From: the human T2T-CHM13v2.0 reference genome, Homo sapiens
Strand: one strand, 5' to 3'
Assembly: GCF_009914755.1 (NCBI RefSeq)
Contig: NC_060929.1
Length of the DNA: 64,000 nt
The notes beneath the pieces were generated by a model, which was not told the origin of the DNA, ran no database searches, and saw only the letters and a program-made list of their open reading frames with translations. This document shows positions 1 to 16,748 of this stretch, one piece after another (the first letter of the stretch is position 1; each line of letters opens with the position of its first letter). The translations under genes were made by a program, and so were the position numbers.

Positions 1-437
1 CTCTGCAGACTTAAATGTCCCTGTCTGACAGCTTTGAAGAGAGTAGCGGTTCTCCCAGCATGCAGCTTGAGATCTGAGAATGGACAGACTGCCTCCTCAA
101 GTGGGTCCCTGACCCCCGAGCAGCCTAACTGGTAGGCACCACCCCAGTAGGGGCAGACTGACACCGCATGCAGCTGGGTACTCCTCTGAGACAAAACTTC
201 CAGAGGAACGATCAGACAGCAACATTTGTGGTTCACCAATATCCGCTGTTCTGCAGCCACCACTGCTGATACCCAGGCAAACAGGGTCTGGAGTGGACCT
301 CCAGTAAATCTCAACAGACCTGCAGCTGAGGGTCCTGTCTGTTAGAAGGAAAACTAACAAACAGAAAGGACATCCACACCAAAAACCCATCTGTACGTCA
401 CCATCATCAAAGACCAAAGGTAGATAAAACCACACAG

Positions 438-1452
438 ATGGGAAAAAAACAGAGCAGAAAAACTGGAAACTAAAAATCAGAGCACCTCTCCTCCTCCACA
501 GGAATGCAGCTCCTCACCAGCAATGGAACAAAGCTGTACAGAGAATGACTTTGACAAGTGGAGAGAGGAAGTCTTCAGAAGATCAAACTACTCCAAGCTA
601 AAGAAGGAAGTTCGAACCAATGGCAAAGAAGTTAAAAACCTTGAAAAAAAATTAGACAAATGGATAACTAGAATAACCAATGCAGAGAAGTCCTTAAAGG
701 ACCTGATGAAGCTGAAAACCACAGCACAAGAACTACGTGATGAATGCACAAGGCTCAGAAACTGATGCGATCAACTGGAAGAAAGGGTATCAGCAAAGGA
801 AGATGAAATGAATGAAATGAAGTGTGAAGAGAAGTTTAGAGAAAAAAGAATAAAAAGAAATGAACAAAGCCTCCAAGAAATATGGGACTATGTGAAAAGA
901 CAAAATCTACATCTCATTGGTGTACCTGAAAGTGACAGGGAGAATGGAACCAACTTGGAAAACACTCTGCAGGATATTATCCAGGAGAACTTCCCCAATC
1001 TAGCAAGGCAGGCCAACATTCAGATTCAGGAAACACACAGAACGTCACAAAGATACTCCTCAAGAAGAGCAACTCCAAGACACATAATTGTCAGGTTCAC
1101 CAAAGTGGAAATGAAGGAAAAAATGTTAAGGGCAGCCAGAGAGAAAGGTGCAGTTACCCACAAAGGGAAGCCCATCAGACTAACAGCTGATCTCTCGGCA
1201 GAAACTCTACAAGCCAGAAGAGAGTGGGGGCCAATATTCAACATTCTTAAAGAAAAGAATTTTCAACCCAGAATTTCATATCCAGCCAAACTAAGCTTCA
1301 TAAGTGAAGGAGAAATAAAATCCTTTACAGACAAGCAAATGCTGAGAGATTTTGTCACCACCAGGCCTGCCCTAAAAGAGCTCCTGAAGGAAGCACTAAA
1401 CATGGAAAGGAACAACCGGTACCATCCACTGCAAAAACATGCCAAATTGTAA
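438..1452 (+). pseudogene. ORF1: L1 ORF1p remnant (coiled coil, RRM, CTD), disrupted
   Basis: ATG at 438 (MGKKQSRK), frameshift near 470, TGA at 763-765. The C-terminal 214 aa are open (RRATPRHIIVRF, YPAKLSF). Confidence 0.93.
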
Positions 1453-1515
1453 AGACCATCAAGGCTAGGAAGAAACTGCATAAAACAACAAGCAAAATCA
1501 CCAGCTAACATCATA

Positions 1516-5286
<3,771 letters not shown>

Positions 5287-7319
5287 ACAATGAGAACACA
5301 TGGACACAGGAAGTGGAATATCACACACTGGGGACTGTTGTGGGGTGGGGATAGAGGGGAGGGATATCATTAGGAGATATACCTAATGCTAAATGACGAG
5401 TTAATGGGTGCAGCACACCAACATGGCACATGTATACGTATGTAACAAACCTGCACGTTGTGCACACGTACCCTAAAACTTAAAGTATAGTAATAATAAT
5501 AATAATAATAAAAGATCAGAGAAAGGCAGTCAAAGAAAAAAATGAGTTCTTGAAATACACCTCACATAAAAATCACTGACTTTCAAAACTGCTCTCAGAA
5601 ATCTATAAGAAGATATCAATTATTCTGTTAACTGAAATAATTCAGTTATTTATTTTAAAATATAAGTGTTAAGTAAAAAAAAAAAGAAAAGTGGAGAAAT
5701 TTCACATCTTTATCAATTATAAAACAATTTTTCCCCTTCATGTGGAAATAGATTTATTGCTGTTAAGTACTACTCCAGCATTGTTGTATTTCTGCAACTA
5801 TAGGCAGGAATGGGAAATACCATTATTGATTTCAACAGTGCTAACTCCTCAGGGTTTTATTTTTCCTTTTGCTTGTATTTTCATTTTGTTGATCTCAAGA
5901 TTTACTCCCATCTCAAGATATGTTGAGATGGGAGAATTTGAAGTTAAAATGTAGAAATATAAATTGGAAAATGTTTTGTAAGATCATTTTGTCAGTATGG
6001 TTCATAAGTCCTGAAACAGATCCTGTTATGTCACTTTCAGAAGAATATTACCTCAAAGCCCTGATTGTATGTCCCCAAATATTCAAATAGTGTTATTAAC
6101 AATAGTGAAAACGACTATTTTAGTCTACCAGGAAAAAGCTCGTAATATATTGCTAAACAAGAAAATCAGATTACATAGAAATTATCTGCAAAATGATCTA
6201 CCAGGCTATAAAAATTGCTAGCATTGGCAGTATAGAAGAAAAAAACTATGTAGGGATATATGCATTAGGAAAAAATGGAAAAATAAAAGATTCTTTCAAG
6301 TGGATGTGTTTTAAGAGTGGCAGTTTTTATTCAGCTTTCTTTTCCCCACTGATGTACTGGAGTAATTCTCTACTTTTTATAGAGAACTTTCTCTTTTTCT
6401 CTTTTCTCTGTCTTTGTAGAGAGAGATTATTACTGCTAGGTAATTATATCTGGGGGTTTTATAATTTTTCATGGTGTCTCACCAGGGACCCTTTCTAGGA
6501 GAGTGTAGGAAGATGGGAATTCCTTCCCACTCCAACTAGGAGACTGTAGTGGGATTTCCTCCTGACTCTTAATTCTTTTAGCAGATATTCCTGAACATTT
6601 TGCCTTGCCACCTTCCCCCCTTTTAATGAGGAACTTATTTAATGCTCATTTATATTTAATATATAATTTCTTTAATACTATTTGAAGTTTGCAACTTTCA
6701 TTTCTTTATATAGAGAGTTACTTTCAAAGAAATTATGACGTTTTTTCTGGAAATTAAAAGCACTGAAAGGAAATTTAATTAGCACTTTGATTCTTGGATT
6801 TCTTTGAATTAATGACATCCTTGTGACCAGAAAAGAAAAGGGCTGCAAAAGGAAATAGAGAACAATTCTGAATTTAAGCAGTGGTTAGAAAGAATGGAAA
6901 TAAATACAAATTATAACATTTTGTTTTTCTCCTTGCACATGGATACTTTCCAAGATAATAAAAATAATGGCTTTATAGCCAGGGGCAGAGTTTGATACTA
7001 AGATGCAAATCATAAATATGGATAGGAATTTTGAAATGGCAATTGAAAATATTACTGGAATTAGGTACAGAAATTCAGTGTGTATACATGTGTATGTGTG
7101 TACATTGTCAACTTCTGCCTTTAAACTTGTATTTTAGAACTTCTCATTAGAGGGTATATGTTACAGGATTGTATTAGGACATGGAAACTTCTCTATCTTT
7201 ATGTTTGTTTTCAATCAATATCATCCAAGTCAAAGCAATGATCATCTCACTTTTAAATTGCTTTTAAAATAATTGGGAACAAAGTTCATTATTTTTCACA
7301 CGATCATACTAATCAAGCT

Positions 7320-7363
7320 GATGTGTGTGTGTGTATATATATATATATATACACACACACATC
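7320..7363. repeat. Compound microsatellite GA(TG)6(TA)9(CA)5TC
   Basis: Read directly; near-perfect palindrome. Confidence 0.95.
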
Positions 7364-7445
7364 TGCCTTACATCTAAGAAAAAAATTAAAATACTGTACA
7401 AAGTAATTTGTAAGAGAATTAGAGTTAATAATAATAATTCCCAAG

Positions 7446-9508
7446 TGCCATGGTTTGAGTGTGAAAATTAGTCATGAGTGAGGTGTTGCTATAACAAATA
7501 CCTGAAAATGTGGAAGCAGAAAACAGTTTTGGACTTGGATAATGGGCAGAGGCTAGAAAAATTTGGAGGAGCAGGCTAGAAAAAGCCTGGATGGCTATGA
7601 ATGAAGCTTTAAGGACAATTCTGGGGAGGACTCAGAAGAGTATAGCTGTAGGGAAACTCTGAATCTTTTTAGAGATTGTTTAAGTGGTTGTGATCAGAAT
7701 CTTGGTAGAAATATGGAAAGGAAAGGTCATTCTGATGAGGTCTCAGAGGGAAATGAAGACTATCTTATTGGAAACTGGAGTAAATGTCATCTTTGTTAAA
7801 AGGTTGTAAATAACTTGGCTGCATTGTGTCCATGCCCAAGGGCTTTACAGAAAGCAGAATATAATAGTGATGAACTAGAATATTTGGTGGAGGAAATTCC
7901 TAAGCAAAATATTGAAGGAGCTGTATGAGTACTTTTAACCACTCATATTAGGTTGGTGCAAAATAATTGTGATTTTTGCCATTGAAAGTAATGGCATGTC
8001 TTTTAAAGACATGAAAGGAAAGGAATGATTTAAAGATAGAATTGAAATTAAGAGTTAAGCAGAGTGAAAATATTTGGAAAATTAATAGCCTGGTCATGTA
8101 AAGAGTGAAAAGGCATTTTTAAGAGAGCAAACCAAGGGTAGGTCTAAGCAGCTGTTTGCAAAAGAGATTAGTGTAGATAGAAGGGAGCTAGGTGCTATTC
8201 ATCAAACAATAAGAGAATGACCCTGAAGGCATTTTGAAGTTCTTCAAGGCTGCCATGCCCATCACAGGCCCAGAGCTCTAGGAGGGCAGACTGATTTTAG
8301 AGGATGAGATCAGGGCATGTTCCATGGGCTTACTACAAGAGCTGCCTTGGCACTTCACTCCCCCACATTCCAGTGCAGTGTTCCTCAGCTGGCCCATCCA
8401 CAGCTCAAGTAGACCCAGGTGTTGCTAGTGCAAGCAGTAAGCCTTGGTGATGCCCATAGAGTGCTGGCTCTGCATATGGACAGACTGTCCAAGTGGTGGG
8501 GCCATAGCAGCCTCTACCTAGGTATCAAAAAAATGTACTGGACAGTCTGAGGGCCCAGGCAGAAATCTGTTGCAGGGTTGGAGCCACTGCAGAGAGGATC
8601 CCCAGTAGGATAATGACTAGTTGAGCCATGGAAGTGGGGCCACCCCTGAAACCCAAGAACTATAGAGCTACCAGCATGAAACTTCCACATGGGAGAGCTG
8701 TAGGCATGAGATGGCAACCATAAGAGTGCTAAGTGAGCTGAGGTCAGCAAAGCCATAGGGGTGGATAGGAGTGGGGCTGCTTAACCCCTGCCTGAGTGTG
8801 TCAGAGAGGTGAATGATTATCTTTCACATGGAGTGAAAGATTATTCTGAAGCTTTAAGGTTTAATGTTTTCCCTGTTAGCTTTTAAATTTACTTGGGGCC
8901 TGGAATGGGAATGTCTATCCTATGCTTGTTCCACCATTGTATTTGGAAGCATATATATATCTTGTATGTATGTACAGGATGAATCATATCTTGAGTCTCA
9001 CCCATATCTGATTCAGATGAAACTCTGGACTTTGGACTTTTGAGCTGATGCTGGAACAAGTTAAAACTTTTGGGGTCATTGGGATGGAATGAATGTATTT
9101 TGCATGTGAGGAGGGCCTGAATTTTGGGGTCAGGGGTGAAATGCTGTGGTTTGAATGCATCCCCCAAATTTATGTGTTGGAAACTTAATCCCCAGTGAAT
9201 AGCATTGAGAGGTGGGACTATTAAGAGGTGATTAGCTCTAATGTCCTTATTGTCAGAGCAAGTTCATTATTGAAAGAGTGAGTTTCTTATGAAAGGATAA
9301 ATCTAGGTTTCTTCCCTCACTCTCTCCCCATATGATGTCTTCCACCATGTTATAATGCATGAAGAAGGTCCTCACCAGGTGCCAGTGCATTGATCTTGGA
9401 CATCTGAGACTCCAGAACTATAAGGAGCAAAGATTTCTTCTTCTTTTTTTTGTATAAATTACCCAGTCTCAGGTATTTGGTTATTGCAGCACAAAATGGA
9501 CCAAGACA
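7446..9508 (+). mobile_element. ERVL-MaLR provirus (MST family): 5' LTR stub, internal region and 3' LTR
   Basis: Starts TGCCATGGTTTGA. The internal region has typical MaLR-int text (ATACCTGAAAATGTGGAAGC...). A purine-rich tract precedes 9142. 5-bp TSD CCAAG (7441-7445) / CCAGG (9509-9513). Confidence 0.85.
9142..9508 (+). repeat. MSTC/MSTD-like 3' LTR
   Basis: TG...CA ends: TGCTGTGGTTTGAATG ... ATAAATTACCCAGTCTCAGGTAT ... GGACCAAGACA. Confidence 0.85.
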
Positions 9509-12437
9509 CCAGGTTTCTATTTTTTCAAATTATCATGCTGTCTTTTAGAACTCTCATATTTTCATTAATTAAAAAAATTCTTTGTTCTATTACAGATATG
9601 CTTTTCAATTACTCAATACAATTTTAAGCACAAGATGGAAGTTATTATCTAGTGATGGCTAGCTAGAAAAATATATATTTAACTTCTGTTAAAAGACGTT
9701 GTTTGGGATTTATATAAAAATTACAAATAAAGGTGTATAAATTCTAATCTTATTACCTTAACTCTAATCATAATATAATCCTTAAGGTGATGTTATTGTA
9801 TATATATTTTAATTACTTATTCTCTCCCATAAATACTGACATTTAGACACATAACACATGGTTTACCTTTCTCACAATTAAAGAGAGTGATCTAGTAGAT
9901 AGATGAAAGAATTCTAACTACCTACTGGACTTTAGAGAAAGGAGAAAAACTATGAGATATTTTGAGGAATTCATAGCTTTTATTGCTATCAGAGTTTTCT
10001 AAATATCAGGGAAAACTCTTATGCCAATTGTACTATTGTAATAATTACCTTAATGCTGAATTTCTTAAAGCAACTATGGATATTGTTGTTTTTACAGCTT
10101 TTGGGGGAACACATAATCTCCTTGGATATCAAGTACACTGAGTAAGCATTTTTCATTATTGCATCTCCCTTTACACACAGATAACATACTATGATAACTT
10201 TTATTTTCTAAAGAGGCCTCAATTAGTACTTGATGAATGAATCAATTACTGGTAGCCAGTTTTTCTCTCCCACTTACTTTTTTTCAGAATTTAAAAACAA
10301 AATATAGATAACTATTTTTTCAAACACCTTTTGCCTATAGGCATAAGATGATGTGTTAATTTTCTTATTTTACAGAAAGTAAATTTAGGACTTTAGGCAA
10401 GGTAAAGGAGACTTGTTTTCTTAAGTATTTTTCCTATTTTGTTTTCCTTGACTGGGTTTGTGAAGCACTTCATGAGATGTCATTTTATCATTAAGCCAAA
10501 GTCCAAAAAGATGCACACCTTCTTAGAAGATGTTATGTCTAAAGTTTTATGTGAGTGAGAGAGTAAATCTGACGCCCAATTTATATCTGCACTTTGATGG
10601 ATCACATGATTCATAGCTTTTCACTCTTGATGCATCAAGGCCTTGTTAATTTCATGTAGGTACTTATATCCAGGACTATGAAGTTTCTAGGAGAAATGAA
10701 CACAATGTTTAAGAGAATGGAACATATAATGTTTTATCTGTATTTGTTTAAATAGTTCTATAATTTGAGAATGAAGCCTATTTAAGTGTAAACTATCTAC
10801 AAATAATTTTTTAAAAGCCCATCTCTCATATTTAGTATTTAATAATGAAAAAGACTACTAGAAACAACAAATTTAAATGTCTCTGTGATGATGCTCTTAC
10901 TAGGAGGTTTTTAGTGACTATAGTGAATGTATTTTTCTTAAGAAACCACATTGTTTTTCAATAAAACAAAAATGTGCCTTTACTGAATTACATTTTGAAT
11001 TTAATTCCATAGTATCACTATCTGAATAAAACAAAAATGTAATTCATCTTTGTGTTTGTGAGGTTGTAATTGAAAAACTTTTACTGTAATCTCAGATGTA
11101 CAAGAAAATAGAAAATCAAAGATTTTATAAGACTATTTAATAAAGAATTGTATATAGTGATCAGTATGTTTAATATATGTTTAAATTCAAAATTCAAAAT
11201 GAAGACATTAACTATTAGGTACTGTTTTTACTTGGTAACGTTTAATACACACATTATTGCTTACTGTGTTAGGTGCCAATATGTTCCTTAAATTTAATTT
11301 GAACCATAACAAAAACAAAACACTGGATTGTCTTCACATCTCATATCATCTAAAATATTGTCTCACAAAATAGATTATATTTTGTGATTTATAATTTTTC
11401 TCTTTAATATAAAATTGATTATATAATTCAATTTACATGAAATGTTGCATTCATTGAAAAACATTTTCTAATCCCTTTTTCTGCTTAGTAAGATCTCTCT
11501 GTAAATATTTATGAATTTGCCCTTTAAACAAAACAAAAAAGAACTTTTCAGATTCAAAGCAAAACACAACAAAAGAAACAAATTAGGAAAGTATTTTTTC
11601 CTTGGCAAGTGATCTTTTTATGAATATTTGGCTTAGGACACTATTGAAAATTGTGACATTTTTTTTCTTCTCAGGCAAGGGTTTCTCTCTTCCTTTTTCC
11701 AGTGTAATACTGGGTGTTGGTCTGATCTCTATGTTTATTTTTATGCAGTGATGACAGCACATCTTTATGTTGACCAACTACTGACAAAAACAATTTTACG
11801 TAAGCAGTGACAGTTGTGATAGCAAATTATTTTCCAGGCTGTAAATTTAGTCTCCTGTGGCAGTTTTCTTTGGTACTATCTTTCAAATTTCCCATATGCT
11901 TTTAACTTTGTTCCATTATCATACTATAAATCATTATGGTTCCTGAGAGTGTTAAATATCAATCTCTTATAATATAAGTTTATTCCATGAATGTTAGAAG
12001 ACAGACAAATTCTTAACCACAATCCACTTACCCTATCAACCTTCCAAGCTCCTAATTCTGTCTTAATTGATATCCCCAGTGTGTTTTTATACATGATGCT
12101 ATAATATGCTGTTACCTTTTTGAAAAATCAATTTAATCAATATTTCTGCTGAACTGATGTGTTAGCTTTGTATTGCACCAATTTAGAAATTACTTGAATT
12201 TTTATTGACCTGTTTCATTATTTTTGCCTTTTGAAGGTGTAGTCACAAAGTGCATGTTCAAGGATTTACTCAGAAGGAAAGACCACATGAAATGTTTTGA
12301 TTTTTACATTGCACTTATGTAGATTAGAATGAAAGACTGGAAGCCAAAGTCATATTGTTAACTGGAATAAGACCTACACTTTTAGAATTGGAAAGCAAAT
12401 ATTTTTATGTTTTCTTAGGAGTAGTATACAGGCATTT

Positions 12438-13143
12438 TATTTTTATTATTAACTTCTATTTTAAGCTCAGGGGTACAAGTGCAGGTTTGTTATATAGGTA
12501 AACTTGTGTCATCGGGGTTTGTTGTACACAAGTTTCATCACCCAGGTATGAAGCCTAGTACCCATTAGTTATTTTCTGACTTCTTCCTCCTCCCACCTTC
12601 CAATAGGCCCCAGTGTGTTTTGTTCCCCTCTATGTGTCCATGTGTTCTCATCATTTATCTTCCACTTATAAGTGACAGCATGTGGTATTTACTTTTCTGT
12701 CCCTGCATTAGCTTGCTAAGGATAATGGCCTCCAGCTCCATCCATGTCCTTGCAAAGGACATAATCTCATTCTTTTTTATGGATGTATAGTATTCTGTGG
12801 TGTATATGTACCACATTTTCTTTATCCATCTATTATTAATGAGCATTTAAGTTGATTCCATGTTTTTTCTATTGTGAAGAGTGCTGCAATGAACATACAT
12901 GTGCATGTGTCTTTATAATACAATGATTTATATTCCTTTGGGCATATACCCAGTAATGGAATTGCTGGGTTGAGTGGTATTTCTGTATTTAGGTCTTTGA
13001 GGAATTGCCACACTGTCTTCCACAATGGCCGAACTAATTTACACTCCCACCAATAGTGTGTAAGTGTTCCTTTTTGTTCACAACCTCGCTAGCATCTGTT
13101 TTTTTTTTTTGACTTTTTGATAATAGCCATTCTGACTGGTGTG
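12438..13143 (-). mobile_element. 5'-truncated L1 3' end (L1PA13-15-like)
   Basis: T-rich tail, then the reverse complement of an L1 3'UTR and ORF2 C-terminus (ORF track: WIKKMWYIYT, MELEAIILSKL). Possible short TSD GCATTT. Confidence 0.9.
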
Positions 13144-14102
13144 CATTTAATGTTTATAAAAGATCTTCAACTTTGTGAAGAAAGTGCCCTGCAAATAGAG
13201 TTATTAAACATTAGAATAACTTTAGGAAGAAGATTACCTTTAAATGACATTTTAGAATAGATGGGACACTCACCTTTCTGAAACTCTTTTTGAGAGTATA
13301 CAAGGGTAGAGGCTAGAAGCATTCTTTTGGAGGTTTGTCATATTTTTATCTATTGATAATAATATATAAAAAATAAATACTACTGTAACAATGTTTAGCA
13401 GTCTTGATCCACTAGGATACAGATGTGGACTATGTGTTTTTTTTGCACTACTTCTGTAGTCTCTGAAATCTCCACGCATTTTCTGTTATGTAATGAGCCC
13501 TTTTAATGACATCCAGTTTGATTCATAATGTCTTTCTTACTTTCAGGGCCTGCAGAATTGTGGAGTCTCTTCTTGCTATCTCATTGGCCTGAAAACTTCC
13601 TTCTCTCACTCTCCTCCACATGCACCCCTTCCACCCAAGGCTAGACTAGTGGCCTGGAGAGCATGTGCTTCTTTTTACAAAATGTGTTCCCAACCCCATT
13701 CCCTGCCCTACTCCTCTGGTATTTGAGAGGTAGGGCCAGTTTTCTCCTTAGAGGGTTTTATTTGGCAATATCATTTTTCTCTCCTTTGTAGGTTGTGATT
13801 GCTTTTTGGCTTTTCTACCAGGTTGCTGTGGCTTAATGTCTAGGAATGATGGTACCTCTAGCTCCACAAACAATCTGGATTGGGCTTTATAGACTTTGTG
13901 ATTCTAATTTCTGTCTTCTCACTAACACCCAGCTAGTGGTTTCATGCTGCCCTCCTGATTCACGTATCTCTTTCTCTCCTTTCAAAGTAGACTGTTGAGC
14001 TTCAGGATACCACAATCAGATTTATTCTCTGGGGCCCCAAAGCTGGGATATGGACACATGCCAAACATCCCTTGTTTATCAGTGTTGGAGAAAGTAGCAA
14101 TG

Positions 14103-15010
14103 TTTTCCCTAATGGTGTGCTATATCTACTGTAATCCCTGCATTATTTGGCTTTAGAAAAGATATCCATCAGCACTTCACCCCTTTAGCACTCTAAGATA
14201 AGGTAGGCATTAGAGAAGAGAGAATAACTTTCTATTAAAAATTAATCACTTTTTAAGAAAAAAATACAGGAAAAGCAGTTAAGTAATCATTCCCATATAC
14301 TCCCATCCTCCCTTTTTCCCTCAGTTTTTTTCTCTGAAGTGATTGTTTTCATTTCTAGTTGAGCATTACTCCCCAGAACTTTCCCAGTTTTGTCCCCCTG
14401 CCCTGTTGAATTCTGCTCTTGCCAGATCTATGTTAGGTAGACAAAATCAGTTCTAAGTAAGCAAGATCTATAAAAAATGGCTTCAGATTTTTTTATTAGC
14501 TCTTCTAAGCCAAATTAATCTCTGTATGGTTATCCAAACTTAGACTTGCAGACTTATTAGAAAAATATTACTAAATATATGTGTCTGTAGGTGTTGCAGA
14601 TGATGTAGGATTAGGAAGAATGCAGGTGTCTTTATTTATTTTTATGCTTTTTACTTCCCTTGAGTAAAAACTTTAGAGATGATTGAACAGAGGGATATTC
14701 AAGTACTCATAAATCCTATCCTACTAGAGACAAATTGTATTCACAACTCAAAATACATGGGGTTTTCTGTAGGAAGGTTGCATTTTTTCTCTCTCTTTAT
14801 TTAGTTACCCATGGCGGGTAACTATTTTCCTACTGGTGTGCTATATCTGGTGCAATCCCTGTATTCTTTGGTTTTGGAAAAGATATTGATCAGCACTTCA
14901 CCCCTTTAGTACTCTGAGATAAGCTAGGCACTAGAGAAGAGAGAATGACTTTATATTAAAAATTATTCACTTTAAGGAAAAATACAGGAGAAACAGTTAA
15001 GTAGTCATTC
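14103..15010 (+). repeat. Diverged ~190-bp direct duplication (14103-14292 and 14825-15010)
   Basis: Co-linear matches such as TGGTGTGCTATATCT, ATCAGCACTTCACCC, TAGAGAAGAGAGAAT and CAGTTAAGTA. About 85% identity by eye. Confidence 0.92.
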
Positions 15011-15350
15011 TTTTTTTTTATTATACTTTAAGTTCTAGGGTACATGTGCACAATGAGCAGGTTTGTTACATATGTATACATGTTCCATGTTGGTGTGCTG
15101 CACCCAGTAACTCGTCATTTACATTAGGTATATGTCCTAATGCTATCCCGCCCCCCTTCCCCCACCCCACGACAGGCCTCGGTGTGTGGTGTTCCCCTTC
15201 CTGGGTCCAAGTGTTCTCATTGATCAATTCCCACATTTGAGTGAGAACATGCAGTGTTTGGTTTTTTGTCCTTGCGGTAGTTTGCTGAGAATGATGGTTT
15301 CCAGCTTCATCCCTGTCCCTACAAAGGACATGAACTCATCCTTTTTTATG
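15011..15350 (-). mobile_element. Short L1PA 3' fragment (L1PA4-6-like)
   Basis: PolyT followed by ATTATACTTTAAGTTCTAGGGTACATGTGCAC; ends at CATCCTTTTTTATG. No TSD seen. Confidence 0.92.
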
Positions 15351-16079
15351 AATTTTTTTTTAATTTAAAAAATAATTAAATTCATACCAACTAAATTCTT
15401 GGGATATGATGAAACATAAAATGGTGAGCAAGTTTAGAAACAAATTCTTCTGTTCTATTATATTTGGAAGCAGACTTGTAAAAAACTTTTTCTCTGCTCA
15501 ATGCCAATCAGCTCACAAAGCCTAATTGCTCTTTAAAATGACTTGTGGAGGGCATCAGGGAAGAGATGAAAAGGATTCAGAGATGGTGTAATAGGGTAGT
15601 GGTGATATGGTTGAGATTATAGAAGACATTTTTCTAACTGTGTAGAAAAGCATGGCTAAAAACTGTGTTTGCTGATTTTTGGTAAGTTAAATCAGTACTA
15701 GGTAAAACTAAATGTCAAACTGTTTTGAAAAGCTAGAAAAGATGCCATCTCCCTCTTTGATTTGAGAAATTGCCATTGGACAGAACCACAATAGAGTTTT
15801 AATTTTAGATTCAACTTAATTTAATTCACTAGAAAGCTTTTGTCTATGGATGATTTTATTTAACTAAAATACTCAATACATGTTGTTGGGTAATAATTAG
15901 AAATTGAGAAATTTAAAAAAATAATCAAGTTTTCAAATTGTGGTTATTCTTCTTTAGAGTGCTCTGCCAAATACCTCTAGATTATATTGACTAGATTAGA
16001 GTTTAGAATTTCAAGTGGCCTTTTACTGTTTGTTTTTGTATTTTTTTCTCTCTAACCCAATTATTTTACTAAATTTTTC

Positions 16080-16375
16080 CAATATGTAATGTATTTAGAT
16101 GGTTCAGAATTCATAGAATAGAGAATTCAGAGAAACGTCTCTCCTATTCCTGAACCTCAGCCACTCCTCTTCTCACAGACAACCTATATATTTCTTTTCA
16201 GAAATATTTGTATTACATACCTATATACACACTGACTTTTTTCATTTTTTATTTATTGACAGGACTCTATACTTTTCTTTTAACCTTAGAAGATATTAGA
16301 GATCCTCCTGTATAGTAACTCCTTATTATTTCTTATGGCTGCATGTTATTCCACTGTATAAATATATCATAATTT
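16080..16375 (-). mobile_element. Ancient L1M (MC/ME-like) 3' fragment
   Basis: Degenerate TTATGGCTGCAT..TATTCCACTGTAT..ATATCATAATTT motif typical of an antisense L1M 3' end. Confidence 0.55.
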
Positions 16376-16387
16376 GGGGAGACAGGT

Positions 16388-16743
16388 TGTATTAGTCCTT
16401 TTTCATGCTGCTGATAAAATCATACCCAAAACTGGGCAATTTACAAAAGAAAGAGGCTTAATGGACTTACAGGTCCGTGTGGACTCACATGGCAGAAGGA
16501 GAGGCCTCACAATCATGGCAGAGAGTGAAAGACATGGCTCACATGGCAGCAATCAAGATAAGAGAGCTTATGCAGGGAAACTCCCCTTTCTAAAACCATC
16601 AGATCTTGTGAGACTTATTCACTGTCATAAGAGCAGAATGGGAAAGACCTGCCCCCATGATTCAGTTACTTCCATTAGGTTTCTCCCATGACATGTGGGA
16701 ATTCAAGATGAGATTTGGGTGAGGACATAGCCAAATCATATCA
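16388..16743 (-). mobile_element. Solo THE1 LTR (THE1B/C-like)
   Basis: TGTATTAGTC...CATGCTGCTGATAAA...GCCAAATCATATCA; 5-bp TSD CAGGT/CAAGT. Confidence 0.92.
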
Positions 16744-16748
16744 CAAGT

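Noticed and set aside
5691-6498. 87-aa and 101-aa ORFs as genes
   Set aside because: Low-complexity AT-rich translations with no recognisable domain or exon structure.
11748-11790. C/D box snoRNA-like motifs (GTGATGA ... CTGA)
   Set aside because: The boxes are only ~35 nt apart and there is no terminal stem.
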